This document shows, piece after piece, positions 41,501 through 51,004 of a DNA stretch of 64,000 bases (position 1 is its first letter; each line of letters opens with the position of its first letter). Under the pieces are notes generated by a model. It was not told the origin of the DNA. It saw nothing but the letters and a program-made list of their open reading frames with translations, and searched no databases. The stretch spans positions 604,126 through 668,125 of the forward strand of contig CBDFMH010000005.1 of assembly GCA_965249545.1 (NCBI GenBank), in the 5' to 3' direction. Origin of the DNA: Pirellulales bacterium. Lineage in GTDB: Bacteria; Planctomycetota; Planctomycetia; Pirellulales; UBA1268. Both the position numbers and the translations under genes were made by a program.

Positions 41501-42183
41501 GCAGGGTGACCAGATTCATCAATCGGCATGCGGCATGGTTGCAATGCAACAAGTCGACTGTCAGCCGATGATGCATCAAGCAAAAACATCAACGTACCGG
41601 TACTTTTTCGCAAACCACCCAAGGCGACGCTGCTTGTTCGTAATGCCGGCTCAACCAAACGCCGACGGTTTTCAAGCTCGGTAGACCATGCTGGCTGTCG
41701 TCCTTTTTTTTGAATTGAACGGTTCTCGCTATGCAGAGTCCGTGTCAACTGCGGGCTCGCTGGCTGCGGTTGGCCTGAATACTCCATCTCGTTCTCTTGA
41801 TTCAACGCTGAGAATGATTTTGATTCCATTTCTTCAAAATCATCTGTTTCATCGGCAACGATGTCGAGTGTTACCGGCGTCTGCTCTGCAATACCACTCA
41901 ACAAGCCTCGTCGATCAACCTCAAGCAGGACTGCTGCGACAAGCGCGCATGGCTTGCCAGCTCGTCCGTCGGGACTTGTACAACGGCTTTCTAGGATCAT
42001 ACCGCCCCGTCGATTTGCAGAGAGCTCAAGCAAAACCTCATGGCTTGTTCCGTCATCACTTGCAAGTGTTGCCTGGACTTGGCCAACACGAGGGCAGATA
42101 ACTTTTTCTGGAACGAGGTTTCGTGCTCGCTTGCGATCACGTGGGTCAAAAAGATGAAAGAGACGTTGCTCCAAAGTGGTCAT
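38584..42183 (-). CDS. SNF2-family helicase/ATPase with a degenerate N-terminal SWIM-like motif
   Basis: LADDMGLGKT, DEAQ, LTGTPVEN, LRRTK, FSQF, SLKAGGQGLNLT, DPWWNP, QAIDRAHRIGQ. Confidence 0.93.
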   Translation of the reverse strand: MTTLEQRLFHLFDPRDRKRARNLVPEKVICPRVGQVQATLASDDGTSHEVLLELSANRRGGMILESRCTSPDGRAGKPCALVAAVLLEVDRRGLLSGIAEQTPVTLDIVADETDDFEEMESKSFSALNQENEMEYSGQPQPASPQLTRTLHSENRSIQKKGRQPAWSTELENRRRLVEPALRTSSVALGGLRKSTGTLMFLLDASSADSRLVALQPCRMPIDESGHPAGQPKPIIIGPQAISFGHFDADERRVLSMLAGTMSAETHHGGQTLEERTMSRFLLSRQSAARDLAMLCAEGRLVFQPEPRRAPEAVVPLVWDAGRPWEFALIIEPGDDTGLEACLQNDLLSKKEKRVCPKKASLNGLLVRGSERQSLQTPRLILRAGFLVLEDRLCRLVIDAAAEEQQGEFSEQDEPAGLRGWMEQFDRRGPIELSGSQIDGLIEQLASLADLPKLELPGWTGWQVESGRPQPKLVLDDSPNMKDEEQVGSIDPEESLGRPKRKARKSKPKIQLGGNIWFDYGGIQIAADDPAGGAADAARRRLVRRNKTAEREALKALPRFGFSPVRTGQASVTEDDVVPTHHVEVPRSRLDASVSQLASVGWAVEVSGRRYRPAGNVAWNVNSGIDWFELSGSIDFGGVIADMPELLSALARGDRAVDLQDGSRGILPADFATQLEPLLALAQEKNGRLRYGRMQAALLDALIAGMPQSQVDDAFSVIRDELAAGGRPEPENEPNGFEGSLRHYQKEGLGWLSFLERLGLGGCLADDMGLGKTIQVLALLVRRQRVLEEAGIATRPSLVIVPKSLIFNWMQEAKRFAPELRLLNYTGQERTDSTEVIDQFDLVLTTYGTLRRDIAQHRKTDFDYVILDEAQSIKNATSQAAKACRLLRARQRLALTGTPVENHIGELWSIFEFLNPGQLGTAGRLKRFLAGGRGNGSELVARAVRPYLLRRTKTEVLSDLPEKTEQTLFCELGDQQRKAYDDLRQHYRNELTTRIGQQGIGRSRIAVLEALLRLRQAACHPGLIDANRIDDPSTKLDTLLEQLDEVLDEGHKVLVFSQFTSFLAILRRKLDERGRTYEYLDGKTTDRQSRVERFQEDSDCRLFLVSLKAGGQGLNLTAADYVYILDPWWNPAVEAQAIDRAHRIGQTRPVFAYRLIARNTVEEKILALQDQKRELAASIISADTGILSGLTTEDVEMLLS

Positions 42184-42356
42184 AGTATGTGTCGGTGCTT
42201 AGCGAATGGATAAATAAAATAATGAATAAAGGCTCAACGGGACTGCCTTGGTACCGTACAGGCCAACCCTTAGTTTTACCCCAATTCGCTCGGAAACACA
42301 GATGAAAAATAATTTGAACAATTCGCCTGTGATATGACTACGAGTTGACTCGTTTT

Positions 42357-43427
42357 TTATTTTTGTTTAACGGTCGCAATGAACTCCAATACATTTTCAA
42401 CTGGAGTCTCTGGCAATATGCCGTGACCAAGATTCATGATGTGACCAGGACGTCCCGCAACACGTGCAAGAATGTCTTCCGTACGACGACGAACAACGTC
42501 GGGAGTCGTGTGCAGTACAGCCGGGTCGAGATTACCCTGCACACCTCGATCATAACCCACCTGCTGCCAGGCATGGTCCAACTCAATTCGCCAATCAATA
42601 CCCATGACCGTGCCACCAGCTTCGGCCGCAAGTGGCAATAACGCTGGATTACCTGCTGCGAAATGGATAATCGGTCCACGTCCAGCTATTGATTCAAAGA
42701 CGGTCCGACTATGGGGCAAAACGAATTCACGGTAGTGTTCTGGTGAGAGACAACCTACCCAGCTATCAAAGACCTGCACCGCATTCGCTCCAGCATCAAA
42801 TTGAGCATGAAGATATCTACCAATCGTCCTTGCAAGTCGTTCCATGAGTTCATGCCACCCATCAGGATCAGTCAACATAAATCGTTTGGTATGCAACCAG
42901 TTGCGACTTGTTCCTCCTTCGATGGCATATCCAGCCAAAGTAAATGGAGCTCCTGCAAAACCAATGACTGGCAATTCTTTTTGAAGGCCGGCACGTGTTG
43001 TACGTACTGTCTCAAAAACAAAGCTGAGTGAATCGACATCAACAAGCTCGTGAAATCGATCAAGATCTGTATGGGTACGAAGTGGATTATGAATGACGGG
43101 GCCTTCCCCAGGAGTGAATTCCAAATCGAGGCCCATCGGCTGCAATAGTGGCAACAAGTCACTAAAAATAATTGCAGCATCGACACCAAGTCGATCCACT
43201 GTTGCCAACATAACTTCAGCAGAAAGTTCTGGATTCTTGCACAGCTCCAAGAACGTGACCTTATTACGAATGGCTTGATATTCGGGAAGATACCGACCTG
43301 CCTGCCTCATGAGCCAAACTGGTGGCCGAGATACTGGTTCGAGGCGACATGCCTTCATAAAAAGGGAATCTTCGACGTTGCCAGTGGCTGGCTCTTTTTG
43401 GTCCGGGGAATCAGAATCAACGTTCAT
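42357..43427 (-). CDS. hemE: Uroporphyrinogen decarboxylase
   Basis: PVWLMRQAGRYLPEY, AAIIFSD, IGFAGAPFTLA.Y, QGNLDP, NLGHG. Confidence 0.97.
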   Translation of the reverse strand: MNVDSDSPDQKEPATGNVEDSLFMKACRLEPVSRPPVWLMRQAGRYLPEYQAIRNKVTFLELCKNPELSAEVMLATVDRLGVDAAIIFSDLLPLLQPMGLDLEFTPGEGPVIHNPLRTHTDLDRFHELVDVDSLSFVFETVRTTRAGLQKELPVIGFAGAPFTLAGYAIEGGTSRNWLHTKRFMLTDPDGWHELMERLARTIGRYLHAQFDAGANAVQVFDSWVGCLSPEHYREFVLPHSRTVFESIAGRGPIIHFAAGNPALLPLAAEAGGTVMGIDWRIELDHAWQQVGYDRGVQGNLDPAVLHTTPDVVRRRTEDILARVAGRPGHIMNLGHGILPETPVENVLEFIATVKQK

Positions 43428-43657
43428 AAAGTTCAGTATAGTTTGTAGGAAGCGGGTTGTTGGCTCAAAGTTGTCTATTTCTTGGGTACAATAAGAGCAT
43501 TCGAAATGGAAAATAGTTAAATAGTCTGATTCATGTAAGGAAGGCTGCAGTCAGGTTTCTTGTTATCTATGCTAATCCTGCCTCAGATACGTCCTTGATT
43601 TCATGTTCTTTGGAAGATATTGATACACGTTTGGGGTGAGTTTTTACTAGGGTTCCT

Positions 43658-44554
43658 ATGGCTGATTTCATCTCACGAATTTCTGTTGTCTGTTTTGCCG
43701 CCAGCTATGGTGTTGCGCTCATATTTGAGGCTAGTCGGCTCTGGTTTCGGTCTGGAGTCCGAGGCATCACAATGATTGGTTTTGTGACCGCGGGTCTGGT
43801 TGCGCACAGCCTGTATCTCATCTGGCGTTCAACCACGCTTCCTTCCATACCATTATCGAGTGAGTTTGATTGGTATCTTCTGGCTGCTTGGCTTTTAGCG
43901 GCTGGATCGCTTTGGATGACCGTCTCTAATCCCAGAACACCCGTTGGTCTTTTTGTTCTCCCTGTCGTATTAGCTCTTATTGGAGTTGCTGAACTTTCAA
44001 GCCGGGAACCATTCCCACAAAGTCCTGCAACACAAATTTGGGGGGTCATTCACGGAAGTTTCAATCTTGTGATGAGCGTCGCTGTTGTACTTGGTGGCCT
44101 CGCGGGTGGCATGTGGCTTATTCAGGCTGGGCGGCTGAATCGGAAACAGGCCCCCCTTCAAGGATTTCGTATGCCGAGCTTGGAAAAACTATCGATCTGG
44201 TCATCACGAATGACAGTGACCGCTGCCGTGTCGGGAAGCCTCGGCTTTCTATCAGGAATTATTTTAAATATTGTCAATCAACGACATGGTCTTTTAGGGA
44301 GTGTACCGTGGACTGATCCTGTTGTTCTTCGCATGGGAGCACTCGTCGTCTGGCTCATAATCGTCGCTGGTACCTCACGAGCTATGCGACAACGTGCAAT
44401 TGGCCGAAGAGTCATAGCACTTTTATCACTCGTTAGCCTTACGATGCTCACGATTTCAATTTTGTGGGGGGTACTTGGAAGTACGCAGCACGGACTTACC
44501 CCTTCACAGGGGAATGCCGCAGTCATAACCATTCCTGCTGGAGATGCTTCATGA
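43658..44554 (+). CDS. Cytochrome c assembly/HemX-like membrane protein
   Basis: About 8 TM segments, W..IHG, PSLEKL, WTDP. ATGA overlap with hemA. Confidence 0.75.
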   Translation: MADFISRISVVCFAASYGVALIFEASRLWFRSGVRGITMIGFVTAGLVAHSLYLIWRSTTLPSIPLSSEFDWYLLAAWLLAAGSLWMTVSNPRTPVGLFVLPVVLALIGVAELSSREPFPQSPATQIWGVIHGSFNLVMSVAVVLGGLAGGMWLIQAGRLNRKQAPLQGFRMPSLEKLSIWSSRMTVTAAVSGSLGFLSGIILNIVNQRHGLLGSVPWTDPVVLRMGALVVWLIIVAGTSRAMRQRAIGRRVIALLSLVSLTMLTISILWGVLGSTQHGLTPSQGNAAVITIPAGDAS

Positions 44555-45825
44555 GCCTCGCCTTCGCAGGGGGAAGTCACCGCACTGTCCCGATTGAACT
44601 ACGTGAAAAACTGGCTTTCTCATCAGAGCAAGCAACTGAGGCACTGGTGCGTTTTCAGAAACAGTTTCCGGGAAGTGAAGCGGTCCTTTTATCGACTTGT
44701 AATCGAATCGAGTTGTACGCTGCTGACGAGGAACGCCGAGGGCCGCCTCCACCAGATGAATTAGCGATGTTTCTAGCAGAGTGCCGGGGTGTTGATCCTA
44801 CAAATGTCGGAAGAGTACTCAGTGGTGAACAAGGGACTGCTGCTGTGAAACATCTATTTTGTGTTGCAGCCGGACTCGACAGCATGGTTCTCGGGGAACC
44901 TCAGATCGTTGCACAGGTGAAACAAGCATGGCAGCTTGCTCAGAAAAGTGGGACGACTGGACCCCTTACTGGAGAACTTTTTCAGGCAGCTTTACGAGCA
45001 GCCAAACGTGTAACCACTGAAACAACTGTTGGACGGGAACGGTTATCAATTCCAAGTATCGCGGTTGCCGATTTTGCCAGTGGTGTGTTTGAAAGATTTG
45101 ATGACAAACATGTGCTTCTTATTGGTGCAGGAAAAATGGCCGCTGAAACCCTTCGCTATCTTCGTGACGCCGGGGCACAGAATATCCGCATTATAAATCG
45201 GTCAGTGGAGCGGGCTCACAGTCTGGCACAACGACTTGATGCTCGAGCCGGTGATTACAGCAACATATCTCGTGAGCTTGTTGATGCGGACCTTGTTGTC
45301 AGCACGACCGGTGCTTCAGAGCCAGTCGTAACGCTTGACCTCTTCCAAAGGGTTCAAGATCAGCGGCAAGGACGTCCCCTTGTTGTTCTCGATCTTGCGG
45401 TTCCTCGCGACTTCGATTCACGAATCGGTACCAGACCGGGGGTTTGGCTTTACTCAATCGATGATCTTGGTCAGGCCTGTGATTCCAATCGCCGTAGAAG
45501 AAAAAAACAACTTCCAGCAGCACTCACAATTGTTGATGAAGAAACTCGTCGGTTCATGGGAGATATGCACCATCGATCAACTGTTCCAGTTATTGAACAA
45601 CTCCGAGCAGGTTGGAATGAAACAGGAGAAGTCGAACTTGATCGACTTTTCCGAAAGCTTCCAAATCTTGATACAAGCAGTCAGCAAGAAATTCGACAGG
45701 CATTTGAAAGGTATGCTGCCAAGATGCTCCATCCCCCTATGGCCTCCCTGCGAAGTGAAAGTAAGGCAGGTCCACCTCATGGGCTTCTTGAAGCGTTAAG
45801 GCGGCTCTTTGATTTAAAGGAATAA
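44551..45825 (+). CDS. hemA: Glutamyl-tRNA reductase
   Basis: SHRT.P..LREKLAF, LSTCNRIELY, GLDSMVLGEPQI..QVK, GAGKMA, DLAVPRD. Confidence 0.97.
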   Translation: MSLAFAGGSHRTVPIELREKLAFSSEQATEALVRFQKQFPGSEAVLLSTCNRIELYAADEERRGPPPPDELAMFLAECRGVDPTNVGRVLSGEQGTAAVKHLFCVAAGLDSMVLGEPQIVAQVKQAWQLAQKSGTTGPLTGELFQAALRAAKRVTTETTVGRERLSIPSIAVADFASGVFERFDDKHVLLIGAGKMAAETLRYLRDAGAQNIRIINRSVERAHSLAQRLDARAGDYSNISRELVDADLVVSTTGASEPVVTLDLFQRVQDQRQGRPLVVLDLAVPRDFDSRIGTRPGVWLYSIDDLGQACDSNRRRRKKQLPAALTIVDEETRRFMGDMHHRSTVPVIEQLRAGWNETGEVELDRLFRKLPNLDTSSQQEIRQAFERYAAKMLHPPMASLRSESKAGPPHGLLEALRRLFDLKE

Positions 45826-45867
45826 TGTGACCAAAGCTGATCTGCTCATGAAGGTTGCGTTGCAACC

Positions 45868-46914
45868 TTAACTTGTGAAACGTTTTACACTTTCACGAAT
45901 CTGTAATTCTGGAGCTAATTCAGACCACCCATAGTCTTCATTGCTTATCAACGAAAGAAGAGCTCTTGAGGCAACAAAGCCCATTTCGTATGCAGGCTGC
46001 CGCACAGTTGTAAGCGGCGGCGTCATAAAGGCTGCCTCCGCCTGGTCGTCACACCCAATAATTGAAACATCATCTGGAACGCTGATGCCCCTGCGATAGA
46101 GAGCCAATCTCGAACCAAAGGCAACCATATCATTCGCAGCGATTATTGCACTAAAACGTATGCCCTGATCGAGCAGATAGTTGACGGCCATGAGTCCTGC
46201 ATGCCCACTAAAGTCTCCTTGATAAACAAGTTCATCAGACCGACTGACACCAGCCTCTTCAAGCGCCTCAAGATGGCCTGTGAACCGATCCCGGGCATCG
46301 GGGTGGCCCTCTGTTCCATGAATAAATGCAATCCGTGTGTGCTGCTGTTCCAAAAGATGTTTTGTTGCTAAGTAACCGATTTTTTTATTATTGACTGAGA
46401 CGCACTGTCCTTCAAAGCCTTTTACGTCTCTTGCTGCAACAATAAGTGGTAGTTGCTTTTTATAAGACTGAAGTTCTGATGCAGACATATCACCACCAAC
46501 AATAAGAAGACCATCAACTTTTCGTGAAATAAGTGTTTCAATTGAGGCTGCATCTCTTGTCTGTTCCCATCTTCTATCAATAACAGACGGGGTATAACCA
46601 GAGCCTGCTAAGCCTTCAATTACCCCCTGAGCAACCGAATCGTAGAAGGGGCTACCAATATTCTGCGTCAAGATGCCGAGGGTCATTGACTTCCCACTCG
46701 CCAATCCCTGAGCAAACATATTGGGCGTATAGTCCAATTCAATGACAGCCTGATGAACGGCGTCCTGCTTCTGTTGATTGACTACAGCGGTGCCGTTTAA
46801 GACTCTTGACACCGTACTCTTTGAGACATTGGCCCGCTTTGCAATATCTTCGATTGTGACACCGTCTCGCACGGTCTCAGCTGATTGTGGTTGTTTAGTC
46901 TTTCTATCAGCCAT
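45868..46914 (-). CDS. LacI family transcriptional regulator
   Basis: TIEDIAKRANVSKSTVSRVLN HTH, NDMVAFG, VPDDVSIIGCD, PPLTTVRQP. Confidence 0.95.
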   Translation of the reverse strand: MADRKTKQPQSAETVRDGVTIEDIAKRANVSKSTVSRVLNGTAVVNQQKQDAVHQAVIELDYTPNMFAQGLASGKSMTLGILTQNIGSPFYDSVAQGVIEGLAGSGYTPSVIDRRWEQTRDAASIETLISRKVDGLLIVGGDMSASELQSYKKQLPLIVAARDVKGFEGQCVSVNNKKIGYLATKHLLEQQHTRIAFIHGTEGHPDARDRFTGHLEALEEAGVSRSDELVYQGDFSGHAGLMAVNYLLDQGIRFSAIIAANDMVAFGSRLALYRRGISVPDDVSIIGCDDQAEAAFMTPPLTTVRQPAYEMGFVASRALLSLISNEDYGWSELAPELQIRESVKRFTS

Positions 46915-47163
46915 GGTTGTTCACTTGGTTGCGAGTCACGAGAGCCTCGAGTTTCGCTGCTGGCTTTGTGCCTTTACAACGCTGCAGCCTCCCAAAATTT
47001 CAACATATACCATTTACGATACAACGCAGCCGTTTCATGGCAATCTATCTTCACTAGGTCCTGCATTACCTCATGCTTGTTTCTTTCTCCCCTACAAAGG
47101 CCGGGCAACACGCATATTCTCAGGAGGCCGTCGTCTGACTCGACTGCGACGCATTCAATCAGC

Positions 47164-48294
47164 CTATTCGGTGACAGATGCCTGACAGTAACTCAACGCA
47201 AGGAGTGCATAACTTGTTACCAAATTGGCATCATCCTCAAGCCATCGAGGATTGTTGTTCGCCCACGAACCGTCGGCCTGCTGGGCACTAAGAAGAACAC
47301 CAGCCAGGTCTTTTCGCCAGTCATGGGCTTTCCCATCAGTATCTATAAATTGATCCTGGCCCAAAACGTGAAGTGCCTTAGCAGCTGTGTGGAAATAGTA
47401 AAACAAGCCGGCATCACCCATGCCAGGGTTTTCTGCAAATGTGTAGTGCCGTCCAAGCCATTCTACTGCAGCTAGAACTCGAGGATCATTCGCTGAAACG
47501 CCAGCGTAAATCATGCTTCTCAGCCCCGAGTAGGTCATCGACCCATAACTACGCAAACCGCCATTCGGTGTTGTACCAGCTTGGCTTTCACCCCCATTTG
47601 CTGGCGTATAATAGAAACCACCATCAGGATTTTTGGGTGCGACTTCGAGAACGTCGTACGCACCTTCAAGGTTTTGAGACCGCGAGACGAAAATCAATGC
47701 ACGCTGAATAGCCGGATCATCTGAACTTGCTCCGACACCTTTCAAGGCATCGATGAGAAATGCTGTATTCGAAAGATCTGGTCGCTCGTGTCGTCCGTAT
47801 CCGGCTCCACCATACTCAGGATCAGCATACGTATTTCCCTCACTTTCATCCCATTGAATTGCCGTGAGAAATCGCCTGGCTTTTTTGATTATCTCCTCAT
47901 ATTGCCCCGATGTATTGCACTCGTGAAGAGCCAGTATGGCAATTGATGTCTCATAATTCGCAACAGCTGATTCACGCTGATAAATCCCACCATCTGATTG
48001 TTGAAACGTAAGAACGTATTGAACTGCTCGCAACACCATCGGACTATCGGCAGACGTTCCGGTTCGAACAAGTGCCGCTATTGCGAGAGCCGTTACTGCT
48101 GGACCACTTTGTGGCGAGAAACTTCCATCCGGCTGTTGACCTTGCTCACGCAAATAACGCGACGCTTTCGTAATTGCGTTTTCGATTGTTTCGGGGGTCG
48201 TCGCCGTGACTGTTGTTTCAAAGGCACACGAAATTACAAGCGACCAAATCAAAGGGAGGAGACACAATCTGGAAAACATCATGAACAACTGCAT
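47164..48294 (-). CDS. Prenyltransferase/squalene-cyclase repeat (alpha6/alpha6 barrel) protein, secreted
   Basis: QW-like repeats QQPDGSF, QQSDGGI, QQADGSW; RPDLSNT; signal-like N-terminus; no DXDD motif. Confidence 0.82.
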   Translation of the reverse strand: MQLFMMFSRLCLLPLIWSLVISCAFETTVTATTPETIENAITKASRYLREQGQQPDGSFSPQSGPAVTALAIAALVRTGTSADSPMVLRAVQYVLTFQQSDGGIYQRESAVANYETSIAILALHECNTSGQYEEIIKKARRFLTAIQWDESEGNTYADPEYGGAGYGRHERPDLSNTAFLIDALKGVGASSDDPAIQRALIFVSRSQNLEGAYDVLEVAPKNPDGGFYYTPANGGESQAGTTPNGGLRSYGSMTYSGLRSMIYAGVSANDPRVLAAVEWLGRHYTFAENPGMGDAGLFYYFHTAAKALHVLGQDQFIDTDGKAHDWRKDLAGVLLSAQQADGSWANNNPRWLEDDANLVTSYALLALSYCQASVTE

Positions 48295-48413
48295 TGAACA
48301 CCTTGGCCTCTTCGGCATGCTGCATGAACCCTCGGCACAGAATTAGGAGACGCCGTATTGTACAGGGAATGCGCACGCGGGCAAAAGTTGCGTTATTCCA
48401 GCACACAACGTGC

Positions 48414-49031
48414 TTAGACCGGTGCGGATGGCATCGCTCGAGGATATGGTGGAATTTCACAAGGTGGAAGATCAATGCCATATTCAACTTCCCACTCACT
48501 TCGCTCAGCATTGTCAGCATAGTACGTAAGCCAAATCAATGAATCCACAACAGGCTCGGGGTACCAATCACCTGTAGAAAATTCAGGAGGCCTACCTGCA
48601 ACGCTACAATCCCAGTGGAAATAATTATCTGGTAGATCAACACGTTTGATCGATGTCGGAAGGATTTCTTTCCGGATGAGGTTGTAGAGATCACGATCTG
48701 AAAGATGGTCCGTGAAATCGAGAATAATTCGACCCTCATAGAGTCTTTCGATCACCCCCCACAACTCTTCGCGAAGATGTTCCTCGCTCAGGTTACAAGC
48801 CGGTTGCAATACAAGTGAGGGACTAAACCAGCGGCCAACAGGTAAAACCGGTGCCTGCTCCCAAGCCAACATGGATTCAAGATAACGATTTTCTACTTCC
48901 GTAGGCATTTCAAAAAAATCGATATCACCGAACGTTTCATCTTCTAGAAATGGTTCGATTGCATCGCGCAATGCTGCATTTTGCAACAGGCATGATACTT
49001 CTTCAGGAGTCGGTGTATTTGTGAAATTCAT
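48414..49031 (-). CDS. Hypothetical acidic protein
   Basis: Compact ORF with the motifs LDFTDHLSDRDLY and WLTYYAD. Function not recognised. Confidence 0.65.
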   Translation of the reverse strand: MNFTNTPTPEEVSCLLQNAALRDAIEPFLEDETFGDIDFFEMPTEVENRYLESMLAWEQAPVLPVGRWFSPSLVLQPACNLSEEHLREELWGVIERLYEGRIILDFTDHLSDRDLYNLIRKEILPTSIKRVDLPDNYFHWDCSVAGRPPEFSTGDWYPEPVVDSLIWLTYYADNAERSEWEVEYGIDLPPCEIPPYPRAMPSAPV

Positions 49032-49311
49032 GGTGCAACCTACATCAGGCGGCCGTTTCAATTACTCGTTGGGAACAACAACGAAATGACATGGTTTTCC
49101 CTACACCCGACATTACCAACGCGATTTGGTGACGCAACAAATCGGAAGACAATTTTGCTGAGAAAATCTGGGTGTGTTTCGGCACGACCGTTACGACATG
49201 ACAAGTCTTCGTTGGCCTTCAAAATCAGTACATTTCACCGACGTTACCACGAGCAGTTCCTTGTCGCAGAATCCTGCTATTTTGGGCAGATTTTGACGGT
49301 TACCCGAGTTT

Positions 49312-49773
49312 CTAGGCACTTCGCGGGCCGCACGCCGTTGCCTCGAGGGCCGAAATCTTGCTCAGTCGCCGTTCATGACGACCGCCTTCAAAATCTGTAT
49401 TGAGCCAGATTTCTGTCATTTTCTCCTGCTGTTCTGCACCTACCATTTCAGCAGCCAGGCAGAGAACATTCAGGTCGTTGTGGCGTCGACTCATCTCAGC
49501 TGCAACCTCATCGTGGCACGTCGCGGCACGAACACCCGGAATCTTATTCGCGGCAATGGCCATCCCTACTCCGGTGCAACAGAGCAAAATTCCTCTGTCA
49601 ACCAAGCCATCGGCAACCTGACGGGAAACATCAGCAGCTACGTCTGGATAATCCACTGCTGTTTCGTCATGGCTTCCACAATCCTTTACAGAATGACCGT
49701 GACGCTCCAGGAATCCGATCAGACGACGGCGGGCATCAACACCTCGATGGTCGCTTCCGATCGCAATTTTCAT
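49312..49773 (-). CDS. rpiB: Ribose-5-phosphate isomerase B
   Basis: IAIGSDHRG, VDYPD, CCTGVGMAIAANK..GVRAA, RRHND.NVL, FEGGRH.RR. Confidence 0.96.
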   Translation of the reverse strand: MKIAIGSDHRGVDARRRLIGFLERHGHSVKDCGSHDETAVDYPDVAADVSRQVADGLVDRGILLCCTGVGMAIAANKIPGVRAATCHDEVAAEMSRRHNDLNVLCLAAEMVGAEQQEKMTEIWLNTDFEGGRHERRLSKISALEATACGPRSA

Positions 49774-49858
49774 TCATTCAATCCAGGCTGCAGGCCATGG
49801 CTCCCGCACATAAACATCATTTCGAATTGCATATTCGACTGATCAGAATTTCACTACA

Positions 49859-51004
49859 TCAACTATCTAGCGAACTTCGGAGATCCAGTATATCCATTTG
49901 AGCGTCAAGATGCTCACGGATTTGCTGAGCACACTGGTTGTAGGCTTCGGCAGTCCCTCCAAATGGGTCCAACACGTCTTGATTTGTAGGTGAAAGCATG
50001 TGCACTCGGTCAGCAAATTTCGGGAACTGGGCGAGAATTGCTGCCCGATGGGCGGCTGTCATCGTCCACACAATGCCAGCTTTTTGAAGCAATTCTTCTG
50101 TGACGATCTGGCTTGTGTGACCACTCAAATCAATTCCTGCTTGTTTCATTGTATGAAGAGCCTTTTCGCTAGCCCTACTTCCTCCCCAACCAGACAGGCC
50201 AGCACTTTTGACTTCGACACCATGTTCCCGGATTTCGTTGGCCTGACAATTCAATTTCTGAGCTATTCGTTTGCGAAACAACGCTTCGGCCATTGGACTG
50301 CGACAGGTGTTTCCCGTGCAAACAAAAAGTATCGTTAATCGTGCAACATCTTGAAGTTCTTCTTTACTAAACGTATTACCGCGAATGATATGAAACCCTG
50401 TCTTGCGAATTTCGATTGTTGAAACTGTCTCTTGAATTGGCTGCATACCGTCGTCTATCAAAAGTATTGACTTCTTATCTTGTCCACAAAACTCCATAAG
50501 ATCAGTGACCGTCTTCGGAGGCTCTGTGCTTCCACCGGGCTCTGCAAGCACTACAGGGCCAGCAAAAAGTCGCATGCAGTCCTGCAGCATCCTATGTCCG
50601 GGTGCCCGCAAGCGAATTCGCTCATCACATAAAATATGTGGTTGAATGGACGCCGGTAATTGATGCACCAAACCATCTGGATGATTATCCTGCAGCAGCA
50701 TCGCTAACGGACCTGGCCAGCATTGTCGCGCAAATCGCAAGGCAAGTGGTGTCATCGCTGGCACCCAGTCAGACGCTTCATCACTACTCTTAATAGCAAT
50801 TGTCAATTGGGGCTCATTCTCTATCGCATCAGCGAACATACACACTCTTTCAACTGCTGTCTCATTTGTACCCGCAGCAGCGAGGCAATAGTTTGATTCA
50901 GTTGGAACACCAACAACATCTCCTTCAGCGAGCGCTTGCACAACGCGGTGCACCACATCACGCAGATCTTCAGACTCCTTCAGATTGATGACAGTCGGTG
51001 ACAT
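49859..51004 (-). CDS. YrdC/Sua5-like domain fused to a low-molecular-weight protein (arginine-type) phosphatase
   Basis: N-terminal VGVPTE and WPGPL (YrdC fold); C-terminal LFVCTGNTCRSPMAE, SAG and DPFGG (LMW phosphatase). Confidence 0.87.
   Translation of the reverse strand: MSPTVINLKESEDLRDVVHRVVQALAEGDVVGVPTESNYCLAAAGTNETAVERVCMFADAIENEPQLTIAIKSSDEASDWVPAMTPLALRFARQCWPGPLAMLLQDNHPDGLVHQLPASIQPHILCDERIRLRAPGHRMLQDCMRLFAGPVVLAEPGGSTEPPKTVTDLMEFCGQDKKSILLIDDGMQPIQETVSTIEIRKTGFHIIRGNTFSKEELQDVARLTILFVCTGNTCRSPMAEALFRKRIAQKLNCQANEIREHGVEVKSAGLSGWGGSRASEKALHTMKQAGIDLSGHTSQIVTEELLQKAGIVWTMTAAHRAAILAQFPKFADRVHMLSPTNQDVLDPFGGTAEAYNQCAQQIREHLDAQMDILDLRSSLDS

Noticed and set aside
43658..44554. Calling the gene ccsA (system II heme lyase)
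   Set aside because: It lacks the WGxxWxWD motif and is coupled to hemA, which fits a HemX-like protein better.
46915..47163. LacI operator upstream of the LacI-family gene
   Set aside because: No convincing CG-centred palindrome was found.
46885..47475. 196-aa plus-strand ORF, and the many other short overlapping ORFs in the track
   Set aside because: They overlap well-supported genes on the opposite strand or in another frame and have no recognisable motifs.
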